Of a stretch of DNA of 64,000 nt, positions 22,211 through 35,857 are shown piece after piece (the first letter of the stretch is position 1; each line of letters begins with the position of its first letter). The stretch covers positions 1,507,374-1,571,373 of the forward strand of contig NW_003314282.1 of the NCBI RefSeq assembly GCF_000143415.4, written 5' to 3'. The notes below the pieces were generated by a model. It saw only the letters and a program-made list of their open reading frames with translations. It made no database searches and was not told the DNA's origin. The translations under genes and the position numbers were made by a program. The DNA is from Selaginella moellendorffii (lineage: Eukaryota > Plantae > Lycopodiophyta).

Positions 22211-25200
22211 CAATCCCACATTCTTACAATAGCAAAACACAATAATCCTAGCATATGCTAGCAAAAACTATAAGCTTCTTCTTCTCCCACCAACTAAAAC
22301 ACTTTGATTATATTCATATGCTACTAGATACCCTCCACTATCACTCCATTACAATCAGTCATCATTGTCTCCCACTATTCATCTATTAGGCTATTGTTTT
22401 CCATCATTCTTGTAATTATCATTCCTAAGCAACACATTCACTTCTATCACTTTATTTCCTTGGAACTTTGAGAGTAGCTAGGCTATGTTTGAGGTACTTT
22501 CTAGAGGTGAGGTACCCTTAAGTTGGAGTCTAAGTAAATGGTTCTCCTACTTAATTTCATATTTCCATCTTCTCTTTTCTGTTTTATCTTTCTTTTTCTC
22601 TTTCTTTTTTTCTTTTCTTTATTTCATTTTTATTTTTCTTTTCTCCACTTTTTCTCCTTTTGTTTTTGTATCTAGTTTTTTTATCAAGTTTTTTCATATG
22701 GTTTTCCCTTGACTCTAGAACTCCACACTCTCTTTATTTCTTTTTCTCTTTACTTTGTTTTTCTTTGGTCTCTTCTCCTTGTAACAGTTGCCGACACAGG
22801 GTAGTTGGAGTCTACACCAACACTTTGGCCATGGGTTCTTGCATGCAACGGAGTTAGCACATTTCCTTGTGGTCACCTATTAGGAGATGGCTTAAAGCTT
22901 TGAGTGAGATTCTCTAAAATATTCCATTGTTAGAATATTCTAGGGAGATGCTGGGGCATAGAGGTTCTCTTTTTCCCCATTTTCTAAGGTAGGGAGTTCA
23001 CACAAGAAATATATTTGAGTGGGATTTCAAAGTATGAGAAAGTGTTCTCCCCACCATTGAGAGGTTCTCAATTCAACAATGGCAAATGTTGTTGGAGCTA
23101 ATTGTTTGGCAATGTGTAAAGTTTTTGAAGGAAGCTTTACAAAGTAGAGAGAAGAGTTGTGAGAGTTTCACTAGGTAAAGAGTGTTAACGAGCATTGTTG
23201 ATATATCAAAGTTGAATTCTATGAAAATTTCAAACAGTTTTATTGCAAGTGGAAGGAAACTCTAACCAAAAAGGAGCATAAGACCAAGGAAAATCAAATA
23301 TATAGTGGGTTGAAGAAAATAAAATGCCAAGTTAATATCTTCTACAAATGGAGTGTTGGTTGGTATAGTGGGAAGTTCACATATTCTAATGGGGCCATTA
23401 TATTCTCCACATAAGCTTGTCAACTCATTTGTTCTCATGTTTAAATGTTGTATTCTTTTTAGAATCAACCACTTGATGATATTGTATTGACACCAACCAC
23501 CAACCTATTCAAGAGCAAGTCTTAAAGTTGGCAGTCATTAGAAGCTGGTAAAGAAAGGCATCCCTTTAAGAAGCTACTTTGTCCCATCTTACTAAATCAC
23601 TTAAGCAATCAGCAAAAGCTTTAGTTGCACAAGAAACAAGGTTTACAGGTACAAGATTAAACTTAAATAAGTTCTGAGAAAGAGTTGGTAGCAAGACAAC
23701 ATCAGTAATAACATCGATGTCCAGGATGGTGGAGGAAGGGACCCTTATGGAATTTAGCTACACTTCACTTGGGGATATGAAGATAACTTGTATGAAGTAG
23801 CAATAAACTTGTTAGAGGCCAAATTTCAATCCTTCCAACTCACACGCATATGAGTTTGACTATCATTCTGTACCATGATTAAAGAGAAAGATGGATGAAT
23901 GTAAAGAACAAAATGTTCCAAATGTTACACAGATGGATCTAATGCCAGAGGTTAAGCAAGTCATAGGTTGTGAACTAGTGCCTTGCACAAACTAGGCAAT
24001 ATGAAGAATCAATAGTAAGAGTAATGCACTTTGCTTTGGAATAATTGTTGGTTGGGGTTAGTGTTTAGTATTTATCAAGTATGCTTTGAGCTTAAAGTCT
24101 TCACCAATTCCTTGTTTTTGGGGAAGTCAAGACTTTGGGGCAAAGTGCCTTTGCTATAGGTGGATTTACTATTATAGAACAAATATTACACACATAATAA
24201 ATCCACAATTCCATTATCTTGAAGCCAAATTCCTTGTAAGAGCATTGGCCTATTAAGCCTAGATGGAACCTCATATAAGAAGAGACTGTGAGTCTGGATA
24301 GAGCAAGGTTTACACTGAAGGCCTCATCAAATATCACAGTTATGCTATAGATGACAACACTTGATTAGCATACCAGACTAAGCTAAAAATGGGAAGGTTG
24401 TACAATACAAGTCATCCATTTTAAAGGCTGCATAGGACAAAATCAAGCTTGCTAAAGAATTGCAGTGCATGATCTCAAAATAAGTTACATTAGTGTTATG
24501 GTAAGGAATGCATTTGTCCAAATTTTGTCCAAAGGGAGACTTGGGGAGACTTTGTCTATAATTGGCTTGCAAGTATATTTGCAAGTATATTTATTACATT
24601 TTCATGAAAGAACTAAATCAAGATCCTTAAGTCAACCACCATATCCATCAAGCTTGTTTTTAGCATGGTAGTTATTTTATTAGCTTTCAAATCTATTTTA
24701 CTTTTGTGTTTTTCAGATCAAGACTTACAAAGAGATATATATCAAATGTAATTTTGATATTTACCAAAACATTGGTTCGGGACAAACAAAAGTTTTTATA
24801 TAGTTCTTTTGAGCTTTGAGCTCAGCTCATAAGCTTAAGAGCTGTGTCATAAGCTCAAAGTGTACCTAGGCTCCACTCACACCATTGAAATAAAAATTGA
24901 AAACAAGCTCTTGTACAGTGTTGCCAAAAACTAAACCCCATTGTTGTGCTGATCCTGCTCGACCATTCTCCTTAGTTATCCTAACATGACCATGCCCAAA
25001 AAAATAGTTTCAAACAAACTTTTAGTGTTTATAAAAACAATTATACATTCACATGTGTTTTTCAAGATTTGAGTTGTGCCCACACACTTGCTTCCTTGCC
25101 ACCAAACCTGCTGCCACCAAGTTTGGGCTAGGTCCACCTTTGGAGAATCTAAATTTTGCATGTCTGAACCACAACATCACTTTTCCATTACCATATTTGA

Positions 25201-25887
25201 GGGAGCATAATTAAAAACTTCACATCACATTACACAAGTTACTATACCTATCTAAATTATATCACTTTGCAATTGTAACTTTAACAATTTCTTTACTACA
25301 CACAACTAGCCTTCTGTCTTAACATATATTTTGTTTCTTTTTTAATTAAAGTGAAACCTGGCTCTTCATGACTTGAGCCAAACATGAACTGACAAAATAA
25401 AATTACTTAAGATTTAAAAATCTTCAATAAAATCATGTAGAAAATCTTAATGCAATTTTTGAAATATTTCCAAAATTCTACTAATCAATTGAATCCCAAT
25501 AGCAGACACACATAAACTCCTATAAGTTGGACCTCAGATCCTGGAGCAAGACAGCAGTGCCAAGGGGATCGTCCATTCATCATGCAGCTCCAAAAATCCA
25601 CATCTATGACAAAATATTTAACCCCATGTTCAAGGAAAAACAAAAGGCCAATGCAAAGAATGAAAGATTCAGGTGTACTAAAGAACCCCATGGTTTTCTA
25701 CAAACATGTCTAACTCCCCAATCATCCAATCATCTAATTTCGATGTCTTTTTAGCCAAACTTTGTATCCTTTGAGTCCTAAGATATAACAATATTCAATC
25801 ACAAGGTCCCGCAAAGTATTGTACATATAAATTTGTCAAGGACGGGAATGTATCAATCAATCAATCAACATTATAAGCACAATTTTC

Positions 25888-26797
25888 TTAAGGAGATCTC
25901 CAAATAACTCTAGCAGTTTCTGTTCTGTAAATAGCCAAGTAACCAAGATTGTCGATCACAAGAGCATATAACTTGTTTTGGATGGAGCTCGTTTTGCTAG
26001 ACCACGCCTCTCCTCTAGATCCAACAATCGCCAAATTGCATTGACTAGCAGGATTAAGTAGCAACCAGAATCTTTTCCCTGTGTTTCTGAGCTCCATGTG
26101 ATTATTCCCCTGGGACTTTGTAGTATGAGATTACAATTCTTTTGCATTGTCAACCTATAAGAACTATCAGCAAATACGAGCCAAGAGTGTTCTAGAGCCA
26201 CTGATCAGTGATGTAGCATAGACCCAACAATGTCTTATATCGCTATCAAACCCATCAAGCTCTGCATACTTATGATCATCAAATGTATTAACTGACGAGA
26301 AGTTGGAGAACAAAAGCTGGTTATTCTGTTTAGGAGCTAGTTCGAACTCATAACGAAGTCCAATATACTGAAGAACAATATCAACATAACCATAACAATG
26401 TTCTCTACCCCTTAACTCTTCTAGTATCCTATCACACATATCCAGTATATTTTGCCGTAGATTTTGGACAAGCACACCTTGGATCGTTGGACACATGGTA
26501 CAAATACCTGGGGTCTCGTCAAACACTCTACTATACACAAATATATAGACCTTAATAAATGTATTCGTATCAAAAATCACGACAAGTTTCATCTTTCAGC
26601 CCCAAATCGAACGTTATCACGCATATTTCTCACATAGCTTTGTATCCTTTCTACCATTGCTCTTATTTGTTCCACACATATTATGCAAGGCTCTTATTCT
26701 AAAAATCCCATCTGGTGGTGCATAGCACGAATCTAGCTGAGAGATTAGAATGAGAGCTGCTAGAAGAAACGCATACTTGAGTCGTGAAAAAATCCAT
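25888..26797 (-). pseudogene. Frameshifted gene for a secreted Cys-containing N-terminal domain + GNA/bulb-type lectin
   Basis: Signal-peptide-like SRLKYAFLLAALILISQLDSCYA near 26790-26720. Lectin repeats MQKNCNLILQS...WSSET, SQCNLAIV...WSSKT and IDNLGYLAIY...IWRS are split across three frames. Confidence 0.7.
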
Positions 26798-27161
26798 CCA
26801 ATGAGACTTCAAAAAGCTTGCCTTGAATTGCTGCTGAATTGAAGTGGCTGAAATTTCAAGGCTCATTTAACCAGGAAAAGCTTGTTTTTACCTGCAAGCA
26901 AGGTTTGAAAGTTTAGATAATTGGAAACTTTGTAGGTTTTAAAAATTACTTAAAATATAATCTTGATTATTTATTTTATAAAAATGCGTTTAGTTTCTAC
27001 TTAACAATGTATCTTGAATATATCTATTTATTTCAAGAAGCGCCCATGCCCCCTCCTGACTTCCTCTTATTTTGTTCGTGCTGTTAAGATTGTACACGAG
27101 TAACTTGCATCCAAGACTTTTTTGTACAGCCAGCTACGTCTACAAAATATACTAAAGAGTC

Positions 27162-29599
27162 CTAGTGTTGGAATTCACCAGAGCCGAGCTCCCCAGTTTG
27201 ACCCTGCCTCGTTTCCTTTTCTAATCCTCGCTCCACTTCTCGTTCTACTTGTATGACCAGTCCGCCCTTGGGGATCGGGACTGGCCACCATCTGATCCCA
27301 CCGTGATCCTCCTTAATCTTCCAGCTGCACAGAACCACAGAAAACGAGTTTAAAATTCCAAAGTCGTGACAAAGTCTACCAGCAGCAGCAAAAAAAAGCA
27401 AAAGCTACAAGCGTTTTTCTCTCCTGTGTAGGCAGGAAGATACCAAAGAAAGGAAAGGAAGGAAAAAGCTCTTGGTACCTGTATGTAGTAACAAGGTGGT
27501 GGATGAGGACGAGCATTTCAACCTTTGCGAGCTCACCGCCCAAGCACAGCCTCTGGCCATTGCCAAATGGTATGAAAGTATTCGGCTTTGGACCACCGTC
27601 CTGGAAGAAAAAATCAGCAAAATCTTAATGAAACGGAAGATCTCTGGCCCTCCTCCAATCTTTTCTTTTTTTGTTTCTTTCCTGCTCTCTCGAATGAATC
27701 ATCAAAGCTTTAGGCAAGCAATTGACCTCTGGACTGTACCTGGAATCTGGTGGGATCAAACTTGTACGGCTCCGTGTAGAGCTTTGGATTGAGATGGACC
27801 ATCGACGGCGATGCGTAAACTTTCCAGCCTTTGGGAAAGTAGTAGCCTGCGAACAACGACACGATGAACAAACTTTAACTTCTTATGCTTTTTTTCTCGT
27901 ACCATCGTACTCGAGGTCGTCAAGTGCTTCCCTGGGAAGGAAGAGTCCGACGTAGGAAGTTCTCATCGTCTCGTTTATCACCTGGAGAGAAGTTGGAAAC
28001 GAAAAAGCTTAGCTTCGAGTTTGATCGCGATAGAAAACTCAACTCTGAGCGTGAGAGGCATTTCTTTCATGACTTGAGACCACGTAAGTGGAGATCCAGG
28101 CTCTCGTTTCCTCCGGATAGCTTCATGTTCTTCCTGATCAAACAGGATTAAAGACGAAGCTTGAATCTCTTCTTTCTTTTGTCTTACCTTGACTCCGTGG
28201 AGGAGCTCTGGATTGTCGTGTAAGTTCTTGATGGCCCACACCAGCTGTGCTGCAGAGGTCTCGTGCCCAGCGAACAGGATTGTCATGATGATTCCTCTAA
28301 CGTGGATGTCTGTCACCGCATTGGCAAACTTCTCGTCCTTGGTTTCGACGCAAATCATCGAGTCGAGCATGTCCAGCCGCTGCTGCTGCTCCCGACCACT
28401 CCAGTCCCTTTTCTTTTTTCTCCTCTGCTGGATCATCTCCTCCACTGCTTTAAACATGCTGTCCCTTGCCTGTAGCCACAAAGAGTCGAGACAGGAGAGA
28501 AGAACACCTCGGATGAGAAGAAGTTGAGAGGAAACACTAAAAAAGCTTTCGGAAGCTCTGCGGAAATCTATGGGGAACTATAGAAGAGAAAGTTTGGTCT
28601 TTCAAGAGTAAGAAAAGAAAGAGATTCTCAAGTTGTTTGCTCACCTTGAGACCACGTCGGTAAGTTGTGAAAGGAAGGTTGATGTTGAGCGTGAGGAACG
28701 CCTTTTCAAAGTCTTGCATGTTCTGGAACAGTGCGTCCATCTGTTTTCCCGGCTCCATCCCGCATAGAATTTTCATCGCCACCTCGAATGTGTACTGCTC
28801 AATGGAAAGCGAAAGAAAAAACAAGTCAATCAATCCCAAAATCGCAACAAAAAAAACTGAGAGAGAAAAAGGAGAGAAGAATGTCTGGTGCTTTCCTTCT
28901 AGAGCTAGAGGCTAGATGATTTAAGTACCTTGGCCATTTCGCTGTAGACATTGACGGACTTTTGCTTTGTCCAGGAATCGAGGACTGAGCAAGCGAGCGC
29001 CTCGATCGCAGGGATATGGGACTGGAGGGACTCGGGATACAGGGAGGAGCCAACGATTCTCCGGACATAATTGTGAAGCTGCTCGCTGCCAAAGCTGCGC
29101 GTCGGATCGATGAGAGAATTTGCAGACTCGGGATAAGCAGGCTTGAAAAACTTTTGAGCCGACTGGAGCAACCACTTCGAGGCCTCCGGAGTGGTGACAA
29201 TGATGCATTTGTCGCCAAAAAGCGAAGTGGAGAAGATCTCTCCATATCTGAATACTCGAGGGAGTTAAGGCAGGAAAAATGGACGATTTGGAACGCACCA
29301 CACAGAGAGAAAGCACGAGAGAAATGGAGCCATCAAAACGCAAGAACACAAACCAAATGAAACAGGAAAAATGCGTGACTGAATAAGTTTTACCTGGCAA
29401 TACGAGTGAGATAGAAGCGGTGTGGATCTCTGAGAAAGCTGAGCGTTTCGCCGACAAGAGGGATTCTCCACGCAGGACCCGGCGGAGTCTTTGCTCCACT
29501 TGTGCTCGACACCTCCACCGCCACTCTACTCTGCTTCACCATGAAAAAGGTCACCACCAATCCCAGAAAAATTCCCACCAACATCATCACTAGCTCCAT
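27162..29599 (-). CDS. Cytochrome P450, CYP85 clan, CYP707-like. Exons 29599-29394, 29247-28929, 28794-28645, 28469-28188, 28133-28044, 27981-27903, 27846-27740, 27600-27479, 27324-27162
   Basis: N-terminal TM anchor, PPGP hinge, I-helix FAGHETSA, ExxR (ETMR), FDPTRF and heme motif [23 protein letters not shown]. All eight introns are GT-AG and in frame. Confidence 0.93.
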
Positions 29600-31349
29600 C
29601 GCTGGTCGATGGAGAGAAACGATTTTTTCCTTTTTTCGTTCGTCGGTGGCAGTCTCAAGAACTCTAAAGCCCCAAAACGAGCACGAGGAACACTACAGAA
29701 AGACCAACTTTGACAGGCAGAGAAGGAAAAAGAAAAGGAAAATCCCGGCGAATTCTTCTCTCCGCTCACATTGTTTATTCTCCTCCTTGAGGCCTCTCTT
29801 CTTTCTCTTTCATTCTTCGGTAATATCTCGAGAGGAAATGTTACCTCGCAGTCACTCGCGACTGGCAATCACGCAATCAATCCATCAAATCGTTGGGTGT
29901 TGGTATGTTGGTGTTGTCACCAGACCAACTAGACCATGATAAAAACAAAAACCCACCCGTGTGCCACAGCAAGGAAAGAAAGAAGAAAACAAGACGAGCG
30001 AGAGAGAAGATTGATGGAAAGGAGAGAAAGATGGAGGAAGAACAAGACAAAGCAATCAGAGTGAATAGCTTTAGAAAAGTTCCACGAGCACCCCTTTGAA
30101 TGCCAAAAGATTTTAAGGGAGAGAGGAGGAAGAGGAACAAGAAAAGGGAATGCGAGCGAGGAATGATGGGCGAGAAAGAGGCTCCTTCCAAATTCCAATT
30201 CCATTCCAACCATTAAAGCGATGGCAGGGCAGAGCGCAGGCGCAGCACAGATAACTAAATGTGAAAGCCACAGCGCATTGACACAGATTTGGAAAGCTCT
30301 AAAAGTATTGATCTTGAGCGTGTGCAAGTAATCAGGGAGGGATTTGCGCTAAACACGAGCTCAAACAAATCACCTGGAAAGATTGAAGGACGATCCAGCC
30401 CCACGCGCGTGTGTATCTGCTGGTGTGCGTGCACACGAGTCGTTCTCTGGGGAAAAAATCCCTCCCTGACGTGCCAGGAGCGCCCATCTCTCCTGAAAAA
30501 CCCTAAAATGGTTCAAGATAAAGTTAAATGTAACTAGAAGACTCCAGAGATAATTCTATTGGTTTTTGCCACCCAAAAAGTGGCAACTGCCAAACTTTCT
30601 ATGGCTGTGCCCCTTAGGGTGGGGCGAACAATCCAAGCCAGATCCATGTGGCAGCAGTGGAATGGTACTATGTGGCAGTTTGCTGTTACTTCTTTATTGA
30701 CTTCTTGCCTCTCACTGCCCAAGGTGTGCCCAGCTCCAATCTAGCCCGATCAAGGCCTCCTTTCTGCTGGGAATGATGCAGCCTAATACCATTCATTGCA
30801 GTAGATTCATATTCCTAGTGCCAACTCCTCAAGCATTCTCCTCTTGTACCATGATAGTAACTCATTTTTTTCTCTCCCTGAGTGATGCTTGACACCTCTT
30901 TATACTTGGGATCACCATGTTTCCATGGCTGACTGCAAGTCCCTTGTATATTTGTATTTACACAACCAAAAGATGTTGGGCATGCCTTTATCTCTCTTAG
31001 ACAACAAGGATACCTCCAGAACACTCCACCTCAAGCTCAAGAACACTATGTTTCCATGACTGATCACAAGCTACACAAAGACTCTCTCTAGCTTGACTAT
31101 GGGATGGTGACTGAGTTCCTTGCTCACTTTAGACATGGAAGAACTTCAAACACACTTATGTAAATTCAAACAAGCTTAAGAATATTATATATATCCTAGC
31201 CTAATGATCATTAAAAAGATATTTCAATTCTCTTGCATGATCCAAAATCTCTAAATGCTTGATCCACTATCTTTTTCCCAAAAGTCATCATATGATTGAT
31301 CTACCTTGGTAAGTTGAGATTTAAAATCTTAAGTTAGTGAAATAGTAAA

Positions 31350-31818
31350 TATAAGCAACCAAAGAGAATAACTCAAAAAACGATTTATAAATGTTTAAAT
31401 ATAAAGAGAAAGAGCTTATGAACAAGAATACACCTTTTTTTCCAATTAGTTAAGGGTCTTTCTTGAAGTATTTGGGGTGAAATATCTTTGGGTTTAAATA
31501 GTATTGGGTTAAATGACCTTTCAAGAAGTTTAAATTTAAGAACTTATATTTAGTATCAAAGGGGTTTCAAGTTTAATTTTGTTAACTAGCTTAAAAGACT
31601 TTATTGGTTGGCTGCTCTCGGGAGAGGAAGCATGGTGGATTATAAATAAATAAAAAATAGTTCAAAAGATAATTTATAAAAGGTTAAAATATAAAGGGAA
31701 AAGATACCCTTTTTTCCAATCAATTAAAAATTTTAGGATAGTTAAGGTGAAGTATTATTAGGTTTGAATAGTACTAAGTTGAATAACCTCCTAAGAAGTT
31801 CAAATTCAAAAGCTTATA
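31350..31818 (+). mobile_element. Cassandra-like TRIM copy 2 (LTRs 31350-31548 and 31641-31818, internal deletion)
   Basis: Same LTR family. Degenerate PBS tagtatcaaa. Flanks GTAAA/ATAAA. Confidence 0.8.
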
Positions 31819-33665
31819 ATAAAATTTTCATCTCTATTTGAATATCCTCCTCTTTTCTACCTTTAGCTTGAGATTCTATTGCAAGGATCTGGTGATGTAT
31901 TTACTTGCATGAACACCTCCCTAACCTCTTAGGCATCTATTAAAAACATCTAGGAAATCAATTCTCTATCCTAGTGAATAAAGACTTTTTAAGCTTGCCC
32001 AAGAAATAATTTTGTAATTACCAATCCTAAAGTGTCAATCAAAGCATTTGCATAAGCTCATTCTATTTCAAACTCGTTCTACTTCCTTAATATGGATCTT
32101 AAGTATAAGTTGTCAATTGTTAAGACTCAAGAATTTCTTCCTAAACTTGCATTTACCAATCGAAGTCTAATTCTTTCTTATTGGCATTGTATGTCCTCCT
32201 AGAGAATTGTGTTGTATACAAGCCACCTATTGACCTCTTTTAGTTGTGAAGAGAGTGGAGAGATGATCTTGATTTTAGTCTATTTAACCATGCCCTTTTA
32301 AACTTCCTGAAATTTTGTGGAATATAACTACCGTTCAAACTCATGGAGGGCAAATTGTTGGTCCCCTATACATGGTTAGCTCAAAAATTGAGTTATAGGA
32401 TGTTGGGATATACATATCTTCCTCGTTCACACTCAGGTATCTTTATGGTTTTGATGCTTGCCTACATAACAAGTATACATGTTTTCTTTCATAGGCCCCT
32501 ATGAGTTCCACAACATCTTACATTCCTCCTAATTTAGACCATCTAGCACCTCTCTAGCTATGGCCCTTCTTCTATAACGAATATTTGACCAATTACCACT
32601 ATCTTTTAAATTAGATAGCTAATTCTATTCATCCTGACTTTCAAGAATCTTGAACTACATACCAAATCTCTAATTCTTTTGGAGTCCTCCCCTTACATCC
32701 CACAAGGATTAACCAAATCCTCCAAAATCTAGGACACAATCACTTTATGCTTTCACCCCACTTGTGGATATATCCAGCTCTAGATATATCCAACCTTAAA
32801 TATATTAGGCCTTAAATATGTTTAGCCCTGGATATGTCCAACACTTTAGACACTTGGCTTTTTGGTGGGGTGAGATCATTTTGACATCATTTCATTTTCA
32901 GTCTTTAGATTTTAGGAATTCAATTTTGATACTTCCACATATCACAACACTCACCATGTGTTGCTCATTCATTTATCTTTTACTAGAGACTTTTTTATCT
33001 ATTGATTGTTCCTTAAATGCTTTTCTGGGAATTCTACTCCCATTCTCAACTTTTTAAGTTGGAACTTTTATTCCAAACCTATTATACTTGTTTATAACAC
33101 ACCTTATCTCTCTCCTTTTAAGCGAACTAAAAAAGGAGTAATTGCTTGGTAAGAGAGCTTTTAGTTGCCTCATATAAAATAACTAGTTTACATAATGAAA
33201 AGATTGGTAGATTCAATGTAGAAATGAAGGTGTTAATTCTACTTAGCTCAATAGGAGAACTAGCTTTGGTAGTAGTCAATAAAGACATTGACATCTTTGA
33301 AAAGGGGGTAAGTGTAATGCATGTCATCATAGGATGTGGAGAGGCTTGATGCTCCAATGGGTAGGTACACTAGAGAGGAGGCTATGTGTGTCGTTGATCG
33401 TGCCACTTGACCCAGCAGTAGTTATGGGTGGGTACAGGAAGAATAGAATGAAATTTGGATATATTGTCACCATGGATCCTTGAAACATTAGGGGATAAAT
33501 AGGGATAAAATAACCTTTAGTCATGCATTTATACTATAGTCCCACAGTAGATACCTTCATTCATAGATGCCCCACAAGAGGAAGGACATACTTATGGATG
33601 CTCAATATATACAATTTCAAATTTAAGGGTAGAAATATACCTTGCTCAAGGGTATACAAAAGAAC

Positions 33666-34875
33666 CAATAGAGTCCGAGAGGGAATTGAGATGGAGTTCA
33701 AGATGGACCTGAGATGGAGTCTGAGATGGACCTGAGATGGAGTTTGAGATGGATCTGAGGTGGAGTCCGAGATTGGCCTGAGATGGAGTCTGAGGTCAAG
33801 TCCAAGATGGATCTGAGATAAAGTCCGAGGTCGAGGCCGAGAAAGAGGCCAAGACCGAGACCGAGACTGAGACCAAGTTCGAGTCTGAGTTCAAGTTTGA
33901 GTCTGAATTCGAGGGTGAAAGCCCAAAGTGTTTGTCTCCTAAACCTTGGGGGGTTTAGTGAGCTCTAAAAGTATAGTAGGGAGAGGACTCTAGTGGAGCC
34001 AGTTTAGCTAGAAAAGGTGATTGTGACCAAGGAAAGTTATACCTATGTGATGGGTGATGATATAACCACTGAGGAGTCTAAGGTTAAAGTGAACATAAAC
34101 AGACAAATGAAATAACTTAGTGAAGTGTTCAAGAGTTAGCTTTAGCTTCTTTGGGAGATTGAATGGTCAATACTCCCAATCCAAGTGTGAGTGGCACTAC
34201 CTACTTGGATACTTGGCATGGCTCATTGAAACCTCGCTCTAACCACATGGCTAGGGCACCCAAAATCCTAGAAATGTTGTCTTGGAGTCCCAGACTGTGG
34301 AAAGGAAGAGGAATAGTCCTCTTATGTGGTGACCAAGGATGTGGTCATGTGGCAAGGGGGTTCCAGAGGTCAATAGGACATAGTGGCTAGGCCTTTGAGC
34401 CTTGACTCAGTGGCAGTGTTGGTGAACACAACCGTGGATGGAAAGGGACTTGGTGGGGACCGAGAAAGGGATATTAGGGAAGGTTGTTCCTTATATCTAC
34501 AGGCATCCTAAAGATGCTAAGGAGTGGATATGAAACGATCACTTATGGATAGATAGCCCAATCTTTGAGAGATGGGCTGTGATGTAAGTGGTGTTGGACT
34601 ATGAGTGTGACAAAGGTGAATAAACATAGCCTTAGTGTAATGGGCTGATATGTTGATGGCACCTTTGGGTGTCGGTCATGGGATCAGACACATGGAGCAC
34701 TTGGACCAAGTGTAAAAGTTGAGTGGTATAGATACCATTCTTGGGGCTAATAAATCCTCAGGTCCGGAATAGGACTTATGGAGGTTGTGAGTGAGACTCC
34801 TCCATATGATCCGAGGTGTGGTTAAGTGACTAAAATAGAATGGAAAATTTAGTCACTTACAACTTGGTATCGAAG
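33666..34875 (+). mobile_element. 5'-truncated family A LTR followed by a tRNA-Met-type PBS; degenerate internal region continues to the gap at ~36726
   Basis: Homologous to ~55150-56569 and ends ...gtcacttaca at 34861. TGGTATCGAAG at 34865. Confidence 0.8.
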
Positions 34876-35271
34876 TTGTTCCTTAATCTAACTCTTATTG
34901 ATGGCCAAATATGTTACCACTTGTATTGGCATCGGAAGGTTTTAGAATTGGGCCTATCCTCAAAGAGTAGCATGTTAGGAGGATGTGGCTCTCCACTATA
35001 TGAACTTGTATGCAATGTGGTGAATAGAAAGGGGCTAGTAAGGCAATGACTTTGCGATATTGGGAATAGTATAAAGTTTTCCTCAAAGAGTTGAGGATGT
35101 GATATAGATGAGTGTTTGACTTAGCAAATTGGCTAATGTAGTTATAGTAAACAATTATAGTTGGGATCACAGGAAAGATAGAGACTCCAAAATAATAAAG
35201 GAGTCATAAAATTATCCTCATATAGTTGAAGCTGGTGCTTATGAATTGCAGACCAAAATTAATAATCATGA

Positions 35272-35857
35272 TGTAAGCTTTTGAATTTGAATTTCCCAGG
35301 AGGTCATCCAACCCAGTACTATTCAAACCCAAGAATGCTTAACCCCAAACATCCCAAAATCCTTAACCAATTGAAAAAAGGGGTGCACTTTTGTTCATGG
35401 GCCCTTTTCCTCTATATTTGAACCCTTATGGATTGTCTTTCAAGTCGTTCCCTTTGGTTATTTGCAATCCACCACACTTCTCTGCAAGTTTATGCCCTTC
35501 TGAATAGAAGTTGAGAGCTACAGCTCTCCCGAGAGCCCCACTCTCTTGACACCCTACCCCTTGGGTCGAGCCCAGCCGAAGCAAATTGGACTTGCCAAAT
35601 CTCAATTAACATGTGGTGTGATTTTTCTAAGCCAACCAACAGAGTCGTATCCGAGACCACTTTGATACTAAATGTAAACTTTTGAATTTAGACTTCCTAC
35701 AGCCCAATATTATTCAAACCCAAGGATGCTTAACCTCAAGTATCCCAAGACCTTTAACTAATTAGAAAAGGGGGTGCACTTTTATTCATGAGCCCTTTCC
35801 CTTTATATTTGAACCCCTATGGATCGTTTCTCGAGTCATCCATTTTGGTTGCTTACA
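35272..35857 (-). mobile_element. Cassandra-like TRIM copy 3 (LTRs 35857-35673 and 35466-35272), inserted into the family A internal region
   Basis: Reverse-complement 5S segment cccaggaggtcatccaacccagtactattc. Flanks CATGA/CGTGA. Confidence 0.87.

Larger units (their letters stand above)
15370..23078 (+). mobile_element. Degenerate Ty3/gypsy (Tat/Ogre-like) LTR retrotransposon with ~200-bp LTRs (~15370-15570 and ~22888-23078)
   Basis: Direct repeats beginning gctttgagtgagattctcta. PBS TGGCGACTCCATTGAGGA at 15573 (16/18 to the complement of the tRNA-Arg(ACG) 3' end, recalled). Gag remnant at ~17060-17200 (KHKVFIQPMHGHAWQW...FDTLL*TFRSTF). Protease C-terminus IDFHVVD...VILGWPWL...IFDFEHGQLQI at 18569-18700. 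ATGG on both flanks. Confidence 0.75.

Noticed and set aside
23600-24460. Possible ancient PPR remnant on the + strand; ~200 bp at 24650-24850 is also shared with 59125-59270
   Set aside because: The PPR similarity is limited to a few scattered residues, and no termini are identifiable for the shared repeat.
27162-29599. Biosynthetic gene cluster around the P450
   Set aside because: There are no other metabolic enzymes nearby. The flanks are TE debris and a lectin pseudogene.
30400-30476. ABRE/CE3-like motifs upstream of the P450 (acgcgcgtgt, tgacgtgcc)
   Set aside because: They are imperfect short matches ~850 bp upstream and are expected by chance.
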